A DNA stretch of 64,000 bases. It comes from Octopus bimaculoides (Eukaryota). Position numbers and translations under genes: made by a program. The first letter of the stretch is position 1; every line of letters begins with the position of its first letter. Positions 49,796 to 63,647 of the stretch are shown here, piece after piece. A model generated the notes under the pieces. It searched no databases, was not told where the DNA came from, and was given only the letters and a program-made list of their open reading frames with translations. Location of the stretch: positions 15,099,208 through 15,163,207 of the forward strand of contig NC_069005.1 in assembly GCF_001194135.2 (NCBI RefSeq), given 5' to 3'.

Positions 49796-50049
49796 CAGTG
49801 GTTATCAATTAGGGTTCTTATGGCCCTTGGGAGTCCATATAGGATTTCGTTAAAATTTATTTGCAATAAATTGTTTATACTTCTACAATACACAAAATAT
49901 ATTTATTTGTTTACACAATTCCTAATAGTATTCAATTAAAATAGAGTCAGTTTTTTTTTATATATATAAATCAAATGGCTCTGGAGGTCCAGTTAAATAA
50001 AACAGGAAACAAAGGGGTTCATAGGCAAAAGAATGGTTATGAACCACTG
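49796..50049. mobile_element. hAT (Charlie-like) MITE
   Basis: TIRs cagtggttatcaa / ttatgaaccactg; perfect 8-bp TSD ctctaaat at 49788-49795 and 50050-50057. Confidence 0.88.
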
Positions 50050-51219
50050 CTCTAAATTAAACAAATATGACACAAGCATGGCTCAGTGTTTAGAGTGTTG
50101 GGCTCACAATCATGAGGTAGTGAGTTTGATTCTTGGACTGGGCTGTGTGTTGTTGCGTTCTTGAGCAAGACTCTTTATTTCACATTGCTCCAGTTCGCTC
50201 AGCTGTAGAAATGAGTTGCGATGTCACTGGTGTCAAGCTGTATCGGCTTTTGCCTTTCCTTTGGATAACATCAGTGGTGTGGAGAGGGAAGGCTGGCATG
50301 CATGGGCAACTGCTAATCTTCCATAAACAACCTTGCCTGGACTTGTACCTCAGAAGGTAACTTTCTAGGTTTAATCCCATGGTCATTCATGACTGAAGTG
50401 GGTCTTTACTCTTAACATGCAAGGTACCAGTAAACTAGTCTAGTGGTTGTGGAAATTTGAAGTTTGTGCTTGTAAATTAGTACAAATTATAAGTGGTTTC
50501 AGACAATCAGTATCCTGAAAGTTGTTGTACCTGTATAAACTATTTTATTCATTTATATATTGCATTTGGAGATTCCCCTGAAGAGTTGCTGGTGAGTGCA
50601 TAACCCAGAGATCAAGGAACCATTCTAAGTCAAACCACTTCTCTGCATTGAGAGATTAAAAAACTCAGATACTACAGACTTGTGGTTAAGAATGACCGAG
50701 GAAAGAATTACAGGACATTTTACAACAGGAGCCAACCAACAAGAAATCTAGTGCAGACCATGAGTGAGATGATTGCATAGTACCCCTATCTTTGGTTGGT
50801 CTCACTTTAGGGATCTAGCTGGAATATTTGCCCCCTCCCCCTTCCTCCATGGACCCCACAGGAGTGCTGGGCTATGAAGATGGATGGATATTGAGAAACA
50901 GCAGAAACAGTTTCTAATCACTTGTTTGCTGCATTTCTGACAGTGAAGGAAAACTCTGTGCCACCCAGGCAGAACAAATGCTAACTGTGTATTTCTATTC
51001 AAAAGCACTGGGTTTTTTTTCCAGTTTTCTAGCCAATCTTTAACTTGTTTATTGATCATACATCAACATATGATATCCACATTCTAAATTTCTAAATTTT
51101 CCCAAATTCTACATTGGTAAAACTGAGATTATTGTAGGTGAGATGTATCTCAGTTGCTGTATATTAAGATCAAACCTAGAAGTATTCTTCACTACCCAGC
51201 CATGCTTGCATCCTTGGTG

Positions 51220-51495
51220 TCATATAAAATGAATGTTAATTACTGTTTACATGATAGCATATAAAATTTATGCTATACAGTATTCACATGGTATCATATA
51301 TAATGAATACTGCATACTATTTATATCATAAAATGAATACTTCATGCTATTTATATCATAAAGTAAATGCTAAATGCTGTTTATATCATATAAAATGAGT
51401 GCTGTATGCTATTTATATCTTAAAATAAATGCCAAATGCTATTTATATAATATAAAATGAATGTTATATACTATTTATATCATATAAAATTAGTG
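51220..51495 (+). repeat. AT-rich minisatellite, 30-32-bp unit, about 7-8 copies
   Basis: Consensus approximately tatttatatcatataaaatgaatgctgtatgc. Confidence 0.85.
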
Positions 51496-54404
51496 TATAG
51501 AAGAGATGTTAATCAAAGCTTCGTTCTCAATCCCTGACCGATTTTTCTTACTTTTCCAAGCCATAACACAATATTTAAGACTGGCTGCCCATGGGAACAT
51601 CTGTGTATTAATGACCTAGTTCTCATAGCCAAATCATTGATGAGTTAGAGGAAAAGTTCCAAACATGGAAATGGTGGGGCTTAGATTCCTGAAAGTAAAT
51701 CAACAAAGATAGAAGTCTGAGTTAGCAAGAAAGAATAACTGTTATCTGGGAACTGTCCTAACCTGATACACAGGAAAAGAATTGGTAGGAAGTGACTACA
51801 GTGTATCCAATGGGTATGTCATGGATGCCCAAAAGAAACAGTGGTGTCACAAGTAGGCTGAAGACAAGGGATTTCATTTACCCAACAGTAGTTATTAGCA
51901 AGGGAACTCATGAAATTAATTATTTTAAATGCTTCTCAGCCTCCATAGGAGTAGGTGACAACATCTTCTGTTACTTAGGTGACTTAACATTTTAACTGCA
52001 AAATTAAATTTTGTGGTTATTCCACTAATGACGTAAAATATCCACCATGAAATAGAATTGGTATTTTCTGCCTCAGTAAACTTGACTAATCTCAACAAAA
52101 AATTATTTCAAATATGACATTCCTCAACAAAAGATAGACTGCTATATAAAACCGATTTGTGCAGTTAATAGGTCATGAAATTTTGAGTGGTTATATCTGC
52201 TTTTCACAGTAAAAGTGGGGGGGGGGGCATTTTAAAAGTATAGTTGCCAGAGAAAGAATGATGTGGGGAGAAAAGTTCAGGGAACTATTACTTCTGTTGG
52301 TAACAAAGAGATTGTTTCTCTGAATGAAGTGGGAGTTGTATCGTTTTTTTTTTTCTGCTTACGCGAATTCCCATAACTCTGTCTCATTATCCAATTCCAT
52401 TATAATGAGTTTGAATTTGGAGCTTGAGTCAAAGTGAATCTTTCATTAGCTAATTACACAACCATGGACACCACTCCTATGGATGCATTGCGGTTACTCT
52501 GTTAATAGAGCTTGGTGATCCTCACCATTAATCTTCTAGGATTCTTCTACTCAGCATCAAGATAAGAAGAACTGTTTGCTCAGTTGAGCTCTTCTGCTAC
52601 CTCTTCACAATCCACCATGCTGCCGTCCCATGATTTCACTATATTTCTGGCAGCTTGGCTGAATGGCTGTTATGCCTTGCCAAAGGGCAGCCCATAACTA
52701 TGCAGGGCACGGTTGTCGTTCCGTGAGGTATTTTCAGAATAACTGCGTACCCAATGATGTATAACATTGCATGATAGTGAAATATAGGCAGTAGTAGTAG
52801 AGATGGGTATGTTTTATTAAATATGTAATGTTAGAATGTTAGTGTGAATGAACAATAGGAACTCAGAGAAAGAAAAAAACTGTATCAGAGTAATCAGATG
52901 TAGCATGCAAGAGAGAAGATAGCACTGCTATGAACATGTGATGCATTTGGCAGATGACATTTGGATGAAGAAGTGTCAAGCAATCCAAATGAATGAAAAT
53001 TGTAGAAGAGAAAGGCATAGGATGAAGTGGTGAGGTCTAACCCCATGAAAAAGATCGAAGGGGAACCAAAACAAGTGGCAAGACACTGTGCTGAGGTAAA
53101 CCTGTCCAACCCATGCAATTATTGGAAAATGGATATAAAAAAAATGATGATGGCAATGATTTTTTAAAAAATACACTAAAAACACAAAACCAAAACATTT
53201 TGTGTATCCAAAATATAGGGTTACATTCAGTAGTGCAGTGAGAAATCATGCCCTAAAAGCAAGGCACAAGGGCAGCAGTTTTGAGAAGAGGGGATTTCAA
53301 TCCCAGTATTTGACTGGTACTTTATTTTCATGTACTGCAATTAACAATATTGATCAATCCATTCTGCACCTCAAAACTAATGGTTTTATGTCAAAAATTA
53401 GAAATTAATAACAAAGAATATATATATTTTTTTTGGCCTTTTTTGTTTCACTAGTCCTACTGAAATAATAACTTAATTGATTGCAAGTGTTATCATGTAC
53501 ATTGTTTTGTCTTGGTATAAAAGATGGGCTACAGCAAATATTCTACTCAATACCACAGGTTTGCTTGTCAGTTGTTTGACCTTAACCAGTTGAGCATGTC
53601 CCTTAGTGGCTGATGATACGTGCATCTCTAATCAAGAGCAGAAGTAGTGGGGGAACATCATAGTCATGTGTTGAAAGGAATTCTTTGTGGTTTGGATAAT
53701 TCACCTTTGGAAACATAGGTGTTTCATTCAACATCCTTAAAAAATGCTTATTCAGGGACCTTTTGAGTGGAATAGGCTACTCAACCTGGAGAAAATTGTA
53801 ACTAGGCCCCACCTGCAAGGTCATGCACTGTTTATCTTGATATGAGATCACCATGTTGTGCACATATGGTTGTGATGCAAGTGTCTGGTGTACCCTTATC
53901 AGACGGGTAGTCACGATGGGTATACTGGGCTTCGTATATTTTACCCCAGTGTCACTTTGATGGCATGCACTGCTCTCTCACATAATATTAATAATAATCC
54001 TTTCTAGAATAGACACAAGGCCTGAAATTTTGGGGGAGTTGATTGCATTAACCCCAGTGATCAACTGGTGCTTATTTTATTGACTCTGAAAGGATGAAAG
54101 GCAAAGTTGACCTTGGCAGAAATTGAACTCAGAATGTAAGGGCGGATGAAATGCTGCTAAGTCTTTTACCCATCATGCTAACAATTCTGCCAGTTTGCCT
54201 CTGAAAATATTGCATCAAGTCTACTACCAGCTGATTGAGAACCATGCTCCCTTGTTTGAGACAAACATTATCTCTTTCTTCTTGAAATCTTTCATGTTCC
54301 ACTGACTTCAAATTATCAATGGGATACATTTGGTTATTGATCTCTATCAGAATCTTCTATGATTTACCAAATCTTAGATGTTTCCTTTCTCTTACCTTTC
54401 ACTT

Positions 54405-54782
54405 GTTTCACTCACTAGACCGTGACCATGCTAGGGAACCAACTTGAAGAATTTTACTCAAATGAATCGACCCCAGTACTTATTTTTATTTTAAATCTGG
54501 TTCTTATTCCATCAGTCTCTTCTGCCAAACCACTAAGTTGTGAGGATGTAACCACACCACACCAACACTGGTTGTCAAAGAGTGGTGGGTGAGAAACACA
54601 CGTACCCCCCCTCCACACACACAATGGGCTTCTTTCACTTTCCATCTACCAAATCCACTCACAAGGGTTTTTGGTTGGCTCAAGGCGATAGTAGAAGATA
54701 CTTGCCCAAGGTGCCTCATAGCGAGACTGAACCTAGAACCATGTGGTTGGGAAGATAACTTCTTACCACACTGCCATGCCTA
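54405..54782 (-). mobile_element. SINE family A copy
   Basis: Reverse complement of the family consensus. Confidence 0.85.
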
Positions 54783-56737
54783 CACTTATGAGCAATCTAC
54801 ACCTATATCTTTTCTGCTTGGAACTGTTTGGTTATGGTGAGTTTCACAGTTGAAGAATTAGAAAAAAATACTCAAAGCAATGACTAAAATAGCATTGTGC
54901 AACAGCAGACATTTGTAAACAACCTAATTCCGCACTGATAGCCTATCTTTATTTTGATTGGGCCACTCTATTTTTAGTTTGGTTAGATTTTAAAATGGGG
55001 TTTGCCAATTCCCATTGTATCTGGAATTTGGCTGAATATCAAGTCTAATATTCCAGGTAAACCTAGAATATGGCATGAGTGGGTTAATGTGTTTCCTCAA
55101 TACTGTCCTTTCTGTATTTTGGCAAAGAAGGAGAAAGAATTATAATTTGTGCATTCTTTGGAATATTTCAAAAAGAACATTTGAAAGATTCCCTCCTCTA
55201 ACATTTCATTCTCTTTTTCTTGTTTTTTTTTTCCCCTCTGGTATGAGAAATTATTATATTGAATTAGAAGGTGGAGGAGAGATGCATTTATGCTACATCT
55301 GATTTTATTCGTGGAACTCATCAGCCTTTGCATTTAAATGTTTGGTATGCAATGGTTATAATTCTGTTGCTCTGCAGCTTTCACCTGCTGACATTCACTT
55401 GAGGCTTAAATAATAGGCTATCTTATGTCAAATACTTGTGACATACTCAGCCATAAAAACCATGCCAAAACAGACTTTGCTGGTGCCACATAAAAAGCAC
55501 CCAGGCCACTCTGTAAGGTGGTTGGCATTAGGAAGGGCATCCAGCTGTAAACCCCATGTCAAAGCAGACCTCACCAGTGCCGGTGCCATGTAAAAAGTAC
55601 CCAGGCTACTATGTAAAGTGGTTGGCATCAGGAAGGGCATCTAGCTATAAACCCAATGCTAAAACAGACAGTAAAGCCTAGTGCAGTCTTCTGCTTGCCA
55701 GCCCCTCTCAAATCGTCCAACCCATGCCAGCATGGAAAGCAGACATATGATGATGATGATGATGATACTCAGTGAAATAGTGATTACTTTTTGTTTGTTC
55801 TAATATGGAGATGGAAAAAATCAAAACTAAAACAAAAATTAATGATAAAAAAAAAGAGAAATAAGAGTGAAATAACAAGCAAAAAATTAAATGCATTTCT
55901 ATACCAAAATGCTTCACCTGGCCAAGTCACTTGGTGTGTTGGAGTATTGACCAAAGGGTGCATGGTTCATGTCACCTGTAAAGCAGGTGTTGAACTGTCT
56001 CTCTCACCAGTAGTAGGAGTATTGTTAAATTGATGAATGTTTCATTACTTTGCGAGATTAAGTTGAGCTGTACTCCATTCTCAAGTGCTACTTGGAGTAG
56101 GGTGGCTTATCAAATTGACCTACTCTAAAGACCTAACACAAAGAAGAAACATTCAGTGATCATGTCCCTAAGATCGAATGGGTCTTGCATATCCTTGCTT
56201 TTTTTTCTATGGCTTCAACAGGCTTCCACATAGTTCCAGTCTAACAAATTCCACTCAGAAGGCTTTCAGCATTCATTTTTGTATTTGAGGTATTAAAAGA
56301 GAAAGAAATGAAAATTGAGTGACATTCATGCCTTTCCCAATGGTATTACTGATATAAAGTGAATTAGCAGTGACTGAGAACCAAAACTGGTTGGTTGATG
56401 TGGCTGACTGACTAGCAGCTTCTTTTTATCCTGTTCTGTGATGATTCTACTTAAAGTATGATTTTGTTTAAAGTTTTGTTTTTTTATTTTTAGTTTTCTG
56501 TTTACTTTTTTCAAAATATCATTGTTGTTTGTTTATGATATGTATACACTAGTTTATTATGGTTACTTGCTAGGTTACATGTGTTTGTATTGTTACATGG
56601 TTGATTGCACTTCATAACCAAGCATCAATTTGTAACCTTAGTAACAGAAAGTTAGAGTGATAGCATTTTAGATTGCTAGATGGATTACAATAACATTCAT
56701 TTAATCAATCAAGCCATTGAGGGCACAACTGCAAACT

Positions 56738-56783
<46 letters not shown>

Positions 56784-56784
<1 letters not shown>

Positions 56785-57267
56785 GTTGTTCAGTAGTTTT
56801 ATTTTTATAACGTGCTTTCACTTCACTACCTTGGGTATGTGCTGTGGTTTGCTGTGGTGCTCTTATGTTTACTGTATTGAAAGTGTTTTGCGTAGGATGT
56901 GTGCAGTACCCAGGAGTGCAATTTTCTGTATGTTATATACATTTGTAAGTCCTGGTGTTTTTGTTATGTATTTGTCTGAATNNNNNNNNNNNNNNNNNNN
57001 NNNNNNNNNNNNNNNNNNNNNNNNNNNNNNNNNNNNNNNNNNNNNNNNNNNNNNNNNNNNNNNNNNNNNNNNNNNNNNNNNNNNNNNNNNNNNNNNNNNN
57101 NNNNNNNNNNNNNNNNNNNNNNNNNNNNNNNNNNNNNNNNNNNNNNNNNNNNNNNNNNNNNNNNNNNNNTTTTAGATTCCACATTCGAGTTATCTCTATT
57201 TCCAGGTCTTTGTATTTTGAAAGTTTCTCCATTTCTTTTAGGGAAACATTGTCATCTGCTGGTATTG

Positions 57268-57268
<1 letters not shown>
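56784..57268 (-). mobile_element. R4/Dong-clade LINE 3' end in a (TTA)n tract
   Basis: EKLSKYKDLEIEITRMWNLK[gap]...QKIALLGTAHILRKTL, flanked by (TTA)n on both sides. Confidence 0.85.
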
Positions 57269-57300
<32 letters not shown>

Positions 57301-57376
57301 GCTATTGCTATTGCTATCATCATCGTCACCATCACCATCACCATCATCATCATCATCATTATTATTATTATTATTA

Positions 57377-57598
57377 AGGTGGAAAGCTGGCAGAAATGTA
57401 AGTAAGTCTAGCAGAATGCCTAACAGCATTTTTTCTGGCTCTTTCATGTTCTGAGTTCAATTTCCACCAAGGTCAACTTTACTTTTCATCCTTTTGGGGT
57501 TGATAAAATAAGTTCCAGTCTAGTACTGGGGTCAATGTGATCAAATATCCTCCTTCCCACAAATTCCAGGCCTTGTGCCTATAATAGAAAAGATTATT
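57377..57598 (+). mobile_element. SINE family B copy
   Basis: Starts after (ATT)n, ends agattatt, and is followed directly by a family C end. Confidence 0.85.
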
Positions 57599-57894
57599 AT
57601 AATTATTGAGTGAGAGAGCAGCACATGCCATCAAAGTGACATTATGGCTGCCATACTGTGAAGTTACGGAAATTTGATGTTCTGTAATTTAAAAAGTAAT
57701 CTTTTTGGCCTTCATTTTTATTGTTACCATTGCATTTTTGAGATTGTCTGGACTGTGCAGATAGTATTTTGTGTAGAAACACCCCCTGTTTTGTAGGGGG
57801 TACACATCAATAATTTTTGAATTTTAACTACTTTCAGCAAAAGCAAATATTTTGCAATTTTCTGTAATTAATTAAGACATAACTGATAAAGAAG

Positions 57895-58870
57895 CCATCA
57901 TAATGTTCGACAAAGGAACGCACTCCTTGTCAGAAAAAATTGAGAATAAGAATATCAAATGGCCTAAACTTAATGACATCACCAAGACGAATAATGTTTT
58001 GTCTCTAAGCAATGTCAAAACTTTCGGTATCGACAACGAGAACAACAACAACAGCAGCAGCAGTGACAACAACAACAACAACAGTAACAACAATATGAAA
58101 GAAATGAAACATAGAAATGCAAATATCACCTCCACTTCTGTTGCATTTGCAGTGGGAAATATGGAAAGTCTCCACATAGATGAAGAAGAATTAAAATTGG
58201 CAAAAAGAAATTGTAAAAAGAGATGGGAGAAGTCTAGCTCTAAATCCTCCATCCGATGTGATAGAAAATATTGCAAGATGCTCAGTAACATATCGTTGTA
58301 TCAGAGTCAAGGCTCAGTGGGTGGAAAATGTTCCTGAGGGTGAAATACAAAAATGCCTTTTGTGGGAACAAAAGACCCACATCACCTAAGGAAAGAAATT
58401 TGGAATTATTGAGGTGAGATTTGGGACAGAAGAAGCTAGATGTAATTCCATGACCACTTTGAAGAATGACAACTTTTTCTTAATCCCAGTTATTAGGGTG
58501 CTGAATGTGCCACCAGAAATATCCATTACCTAGTTAGTGGTGGCCACCTTGTCAGGTTTAGAAGATGAAGTCACAATATTGGAGGTCAAGAAACTACCTA
58601 AGCAAAACTGGTTAGGAACTGACCTTGCAATGCAAGCAGGACCATATCAACCAGCTAATCAATATCCTGGATGGTACTCATCTGTCAATGTTCATGGAGT
58701 GTAGAAAGCCAAGGTGCCACATATGTGGATCTGCAACTCACTTAAAGGCTTTCTGTCCTGAAACAAGAAAAAATAAAGTCCTACTGCTGCCAGCATTACA
58801 AACATCACAAGTGCAACATCATAAACAGGTCCTCAAGACTCCAACACCTACACCCACACAAACACCCACT
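57895..58870 (+). mobile_element. Degraded Tx1/L1-like LINE ORF1 with CCHC knuckle
   Basis: PVIRVLNVPPEISIT..., RKPRCHICGSATHLKAFCPE (CX2CX4HX4C); contains stops and frameshifts. Confidence 0.7.
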
Positions 58871-59611
58871 CCCAAACCAAGACAAAGAAGGATTTGAACT
58901 CAGAATGTAATGACATGAAATACCACTAAGCATTTTGCCCTGCATGCTAACAGTTCTGCCTGCTCGTTACCTTTTTAAAACGTGAAGATGGAAGAAATAC
59001 CATGAATATTTTGTACAGTTTGCTGACAATTTTGGCAGTTCTCCATTTATATAATCCTTTTTACTATAGGCACAAGGGCTGAAATTTGTGGGGTGGGGGG
59101 AAAGTCAATCACATTGATCCCAGTACTTGACTGGTACTTAATTTATTGATCCCGAAAGGATGAAAGGCAATGTTGACCCTGGTGGAATTCGAGCTCAGAG
59201 TGTAAAGACTGACAAAATACCGTTAAGCATTTTGCCCAGCATGCTAATGTTTCTGCCAGCTCACCACCTTTTAAACGTAGCTTTCAACTATTGGTACAAG
59301 GCCTGAAATTTTAAAGGATGAAGGAAACGCCACTAAGCATTTTGTCTGACATGTTAACAAGTCTGCCAACTCACCACTACTTATAATGATAATAATCCTT
59401 TCTACTAAAGGCACAAGGCCTGACATTTTGGGGGAAGAGACTAGTCGATTAAATGAACCCCAGTATTTCGCTGGTACTTAATTTATCAACCTTGAAAGGA
59501 TGCAAAGCAAAGTCAACCTCAATGAAATTTAAGCTCACAATGTAGCGATGGGCGAAATACTGCTTAGCATTTTGCCTGGTATGCTAACAATTCTGCCAGC
59601 TCACTGCCTTA

Positions 59612-59642
<31 letters not shown>

Positions 59643-59805
59643 GGAGCAGGAGTGGCTGTGTGGTAAGTAGCTTGCTTACCAACCACAGGGTTCCGGGTTC
59701 AGTCCCACTGCATGGCACCTTGGGCAAGTGTCTTCTACTATAGCCTCGGGCCGACCAAAGCCTTGTGAGTGAATTTGGTAGACGGAAACTGAAAGAAGCC
59801 CGTTG

Positions 59806-59836
<31 letters not shown>

Positions 59837-60048
59837 GTGTGTGTTTGTGTGTCTGTGTTTGTCCCCCCAACATGGCTTGACAACCGATGCTGGTGTGTTT
59901 ACGTCCCAGTAACTTAGCGGTTCGGCAAAAAGAGACCGATAGAATAAGTACTAGGCTTACAAAGAATAAGTCCTGAGGTCGATTTGCTCGACTAAAGGCG
60001 GTGCTTCAGCATGGCCGCAGTCAAATGACTGAAACAAGTAAAAAAGAG
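59643..60048 (+). mobile_element. SINE family A, full length, young copy
   Basis: tRNA-like head (gtggctgtgtggtaag A box, gggttcagtccc B box), central (TA/TG)n and tail ...gaaacaagtaaaaaagag; inserted after (AAT)n. Confidence 0.92.
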
Positions 60049-61029
60049 TATAATAATAAATAATCCTTTCCATTATAGGCACAGGGTCTGAAACTTTTGA
60101 GGGAGCGGACTAGTCAGTTACACTCACTCCAGTGCGCAATTGGTATTTAGTTTACCAACCCCAAAAGGATGAAAGGCAAAGTTAAACATGGTGGAACTTG
60201 AACTCAGAACACAAAAAGCCAGAAGAAATACTGTTGATCACTTTCTCTGACCTACTAACATTTCCACCAGCTCACCACCTTAATAATAATCCTTTCTACT
60301 AATGACACAAGACCTGAAATTGGAGGAGGGTGACAGTCGATTATGTCAACCCTAGTATACGACTAATACCTTTTTCATCAACCCTGAGAGGATGAAAAGC
60401 AAAGTTGACCTCAGTGGAATTTGAACTCAGAATGTAGCAATGGGTGAAATATCGCTAAGCATTTAGTCTAGCATGCTAACGATTCTGCCAGCTTGCTACT
60501 TTTGTAATAAATAATAAAAACAATCTTTTCCACTATAGGTACAAGGCCTGGATTTTGGCGGGAGGGGGACAGTCAATCACATCGACCCCAGTACTCAACT
60601 GGTACTTAATTTATTGACCCCAAAAGGATGAGAGGCAAAGTCAATCTCAGTGGAATTTAAAGGGAGAGGGTAAGTTAATGATATCAATCCCAGTACTTGA
60701 CTGGTTTTTTATTTTATAGAGCCAGGAAGAATAAAAGCAAAGTTGACTTCAGCATGATTTGAACTCAGCTGGTACCAAATAATAATCCTTTCTACTTATA
60801 TAGGCACAAGGCCTGAAAGTTTTTGATCATGGGGTTATTTGATTACATTGACCCCAGTACACAATGGCACTTATTTTATTGACCCTGAAAGGACGAAAGG
60901 CAAGGTGAACCTCGGTGAAATTTGAACTCAGAATGTGAAAACGGACAAAATGCCATGAAATATTTCATTCAGCTGGCTAATGATTCTGCTAGCTCACCTC
61001 CTTGATGATGATGATGATGATAAATATGC

Positions 61030-61310
61030 AGGTTGTGGGCAATGAAGAGAATGGATGAGATACCAATAGTGATTGACACACTTGGAAGTATCATGACTCA
61101 ACTACAAACATGGCTCAAAAAGATTGGTACAAATGTAAAGACAGAACACCTACAAGAATCATCATTGCTTGGAACTGCAAGAGTTCTCCACAGGGTTTTG
61201 AAGCATGATCAGTAAATAAGTGTCACCTTAGTCTGCTGGCTGTGGGCAACTGACACTTTCCATCATACCCAGCAAAATAAGCTGAGAGTTTTCATCAAAA
61301 TAGCAATAAC
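61030..61310 (+). mobile_element. R4/Dong-clade LINE 3' end
   Basis: WAMKRMDEIPIVIDTLG...EHLQESSLLGTARVLHRVL*, then a short UTR and an (AAT)-like tail. Confidence 0.75.
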
Positions 61311-62471
61311 AATAATTCTTTCTACTATAGGCACAAGGCCTAAGATTTTAGTGGGAAGTGAGGGAGGGGTAAGTCAATTACTGCTCAACTGGTACTTATT
61401 TTATCTATTCTGAAAGGATGAAAGACAAAATCAACTTCAGTGGCATTTGAACTCGGAACATAAGGATGGATGAAGTGCTACCAAACACCGTGTGATAATG
61501 TTTCTGCCAGCTCACCGCCTTTATCGTGTGATAATGTTTCTACCAGCTTACTGCCTTTAATAATGCTCATTGCATTAATAATAATAATGATAACGTTTTG
61601 GTGTAAAAGATGGGCTACAGTAAATATTCTGCTCAATACCACAGATTTGATGGTTTGTTGCTTGACCTTTACCAGTTGAGCATGTCCCTTAGTGGCTGAT
61701 GATATGTGCATCTCTGATCATGAGCAGGATTAGTGGGGGAGCACCATAGCTATGTGTTGAGAGGGATATTTTGGAGTTTGAATGATTCACTCCTGGAAAC
61801 ATGGGTGTTTTGTTCATCATCTTTAAACGGCCCTCATTTAGGGACCTTTAGAGCAGGAGGAAGAAAATTCGAACTAGGCCCTACCTGCAAGGCCATGCAC
61901 CACTTGTCTTGATATGAAGTCACTATGTCATGCACATAGGGTTGTGGTGCATGTGCTTAGTGTACCCTTATCAGGCTGGTAGTCATGATGGATATTTTGG
62001 GTTTCATATGTTTGTACCCCAACATCTCTTTGATGGTGTGTGCTGCTCTCTCATTCAATAATAATAATAATAATAAGCTTACTCTCATTCTTTAGCACTG
62101 TAAAGTATCAGACTACAACAGAAAAGAAAAGAAATCAACTAACTAGACATGATATCAAGACTTACAAAGTTCATAGGTCTTGATATCAAATCTTCTGCTG
62201 ATGTTTTATGTGTTTTTAAAGTACACTTCATTACACACACACAAACTTTAGTTAACCTCATTATTGTGAATAGAAACCAGTTCTTCTAGTAATATCATAC
62301 CTGTGATTGACTGGTGTCCTATACCTAGGGAAATTTATTGCTCATCTGCTTCATGACTTGAAACCAGACCTGTTAGCATTTTCCCCTTGGCAAAATAACC
62401 TCACGCTGTACCTTGTTTTGTGTTGAATGCTTCTTCAGTTGAAATCTGAGTGTCTTTTATGTCCATAGCCA

Positions 62472-62883
62472 CAGGTGTGGCTGTGTGGTAAGAAGCTTGC
62501 TTCCCAACTGCTTGGTTCTGGGTTCAGTCCCACTGAGTGGCACCTTGGGCAAATGTTTTCTACTATAGCCTTGGGCCAACCGAAGCCTTGTCAGTGAATT
62601 TGGTAGACGGAAACTGAAAGAAGCCCATCGTATGTATACATATATATATATATATGTGTGTGTGTCTTTGTATCTGTGTTTGCCCACCCACCATTGTTTA
62701 ACAACCAATGTCAGTGTGTTTACATCCCTGTAACTTAGTGGTTCAGCAGAAGAGACCAGTGGAATAGGTACTAGTCTTACAAAGAATAAACCCTGGGGTC
62801 TATTTCTTTGACTAAAAACCTTTAAGGCAGTGCTTCAGCATGGCCACAGTTAAATGACTGGAACAAGTAAAAGAATAAAAGAT
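62472..62883 (+). mobile_element. SINE family A, full length
   Basis: Colinear with 59643-60048. Confidence 0.9.
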
Positions 62884-62899
62884 TATCAATACAACAATA

Positions 62900-62941
<42 letters not shown>

Positions 62942-63464
62942 GCCATCATCATCATCACTATCACAACACAACAGTAAGAACAATGTAAATGTTGACAGAG
63001 GACCCATGGTGGGAAGAACCAGCCAATGAAACTGAGTCCATTCTTTAACTGGCAGGGAGAAATATTTTATCAACCCCCCACCNNNNNNNNNNNNNNNNNN
63101 NNNNNNNNNNNNNNNNNNNNNNNNNNNNNNNNNNNNNNNNNNNNNNNNNNNNNNNNNNNNNNNNNNNNNNNNNNNNNNNNNNNNNNNNNNNNNNNNNNNN
63201 NNNNNNNNNNNNNNNNNNNNNNNNNNNNNNNNNNNNNNNNNNNNNNNNNNNNNNNNNNNNNNNNNNNNNNNNNNNNNNNNNNNNNNNNNNNNNNNNNNNN
63301 NNNNNNNNNNNNNNNNNNNNNNNNNNNNNNNNNNNNNNNNNNNNNNNNNNNNNNNNNNNNNNNNNNNNAGGAAAGGCAAAGTCAACCTCTGTGGATTTGA
63401 ACACAGTGGGACAGAACTCAAAACCATGTGGTTTCAAAGTGAACTCAACCAAAAAGCCATGCTT

Positions 63465-63502
<38 letters not shown>

Positions 63503-63647
63503 CATAATGGTTGGTATGTTACAAAGTTTTGAATAACTTTCTCACTTTCTTCTCTCTAATGTGTCAGAGTTCTTGTAAAAGGGTGAAGAATGTAGGCTGC
63601 TTTTCTTTTGACTGACCAATGATAATAACAATAATAATAATAATAAT

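Larger units (their letters stand above)
58890..61555 (-). mobile_element. Cluster of about 10 head-to-tail SINE family B copies separated by (AAT)n
   Basis: The core aaggatgaaaggcaaagt(c/t)(a/g)acct...gaatttgaactcag recurs at about 59160, 59505, 60170, 60390, 60625, 60730, 60890 and 61415, plus partial copies, all on the same strand and mutually diverged. Confidence 0.9.

Noticed and set aside
343-63500. Long ORFs in the supplied track made mostly of X (e.g. 12115-13154, 25645-26484, 62822-63500)
   Set aside because: They are translations of N-gaps, not coding evidence.
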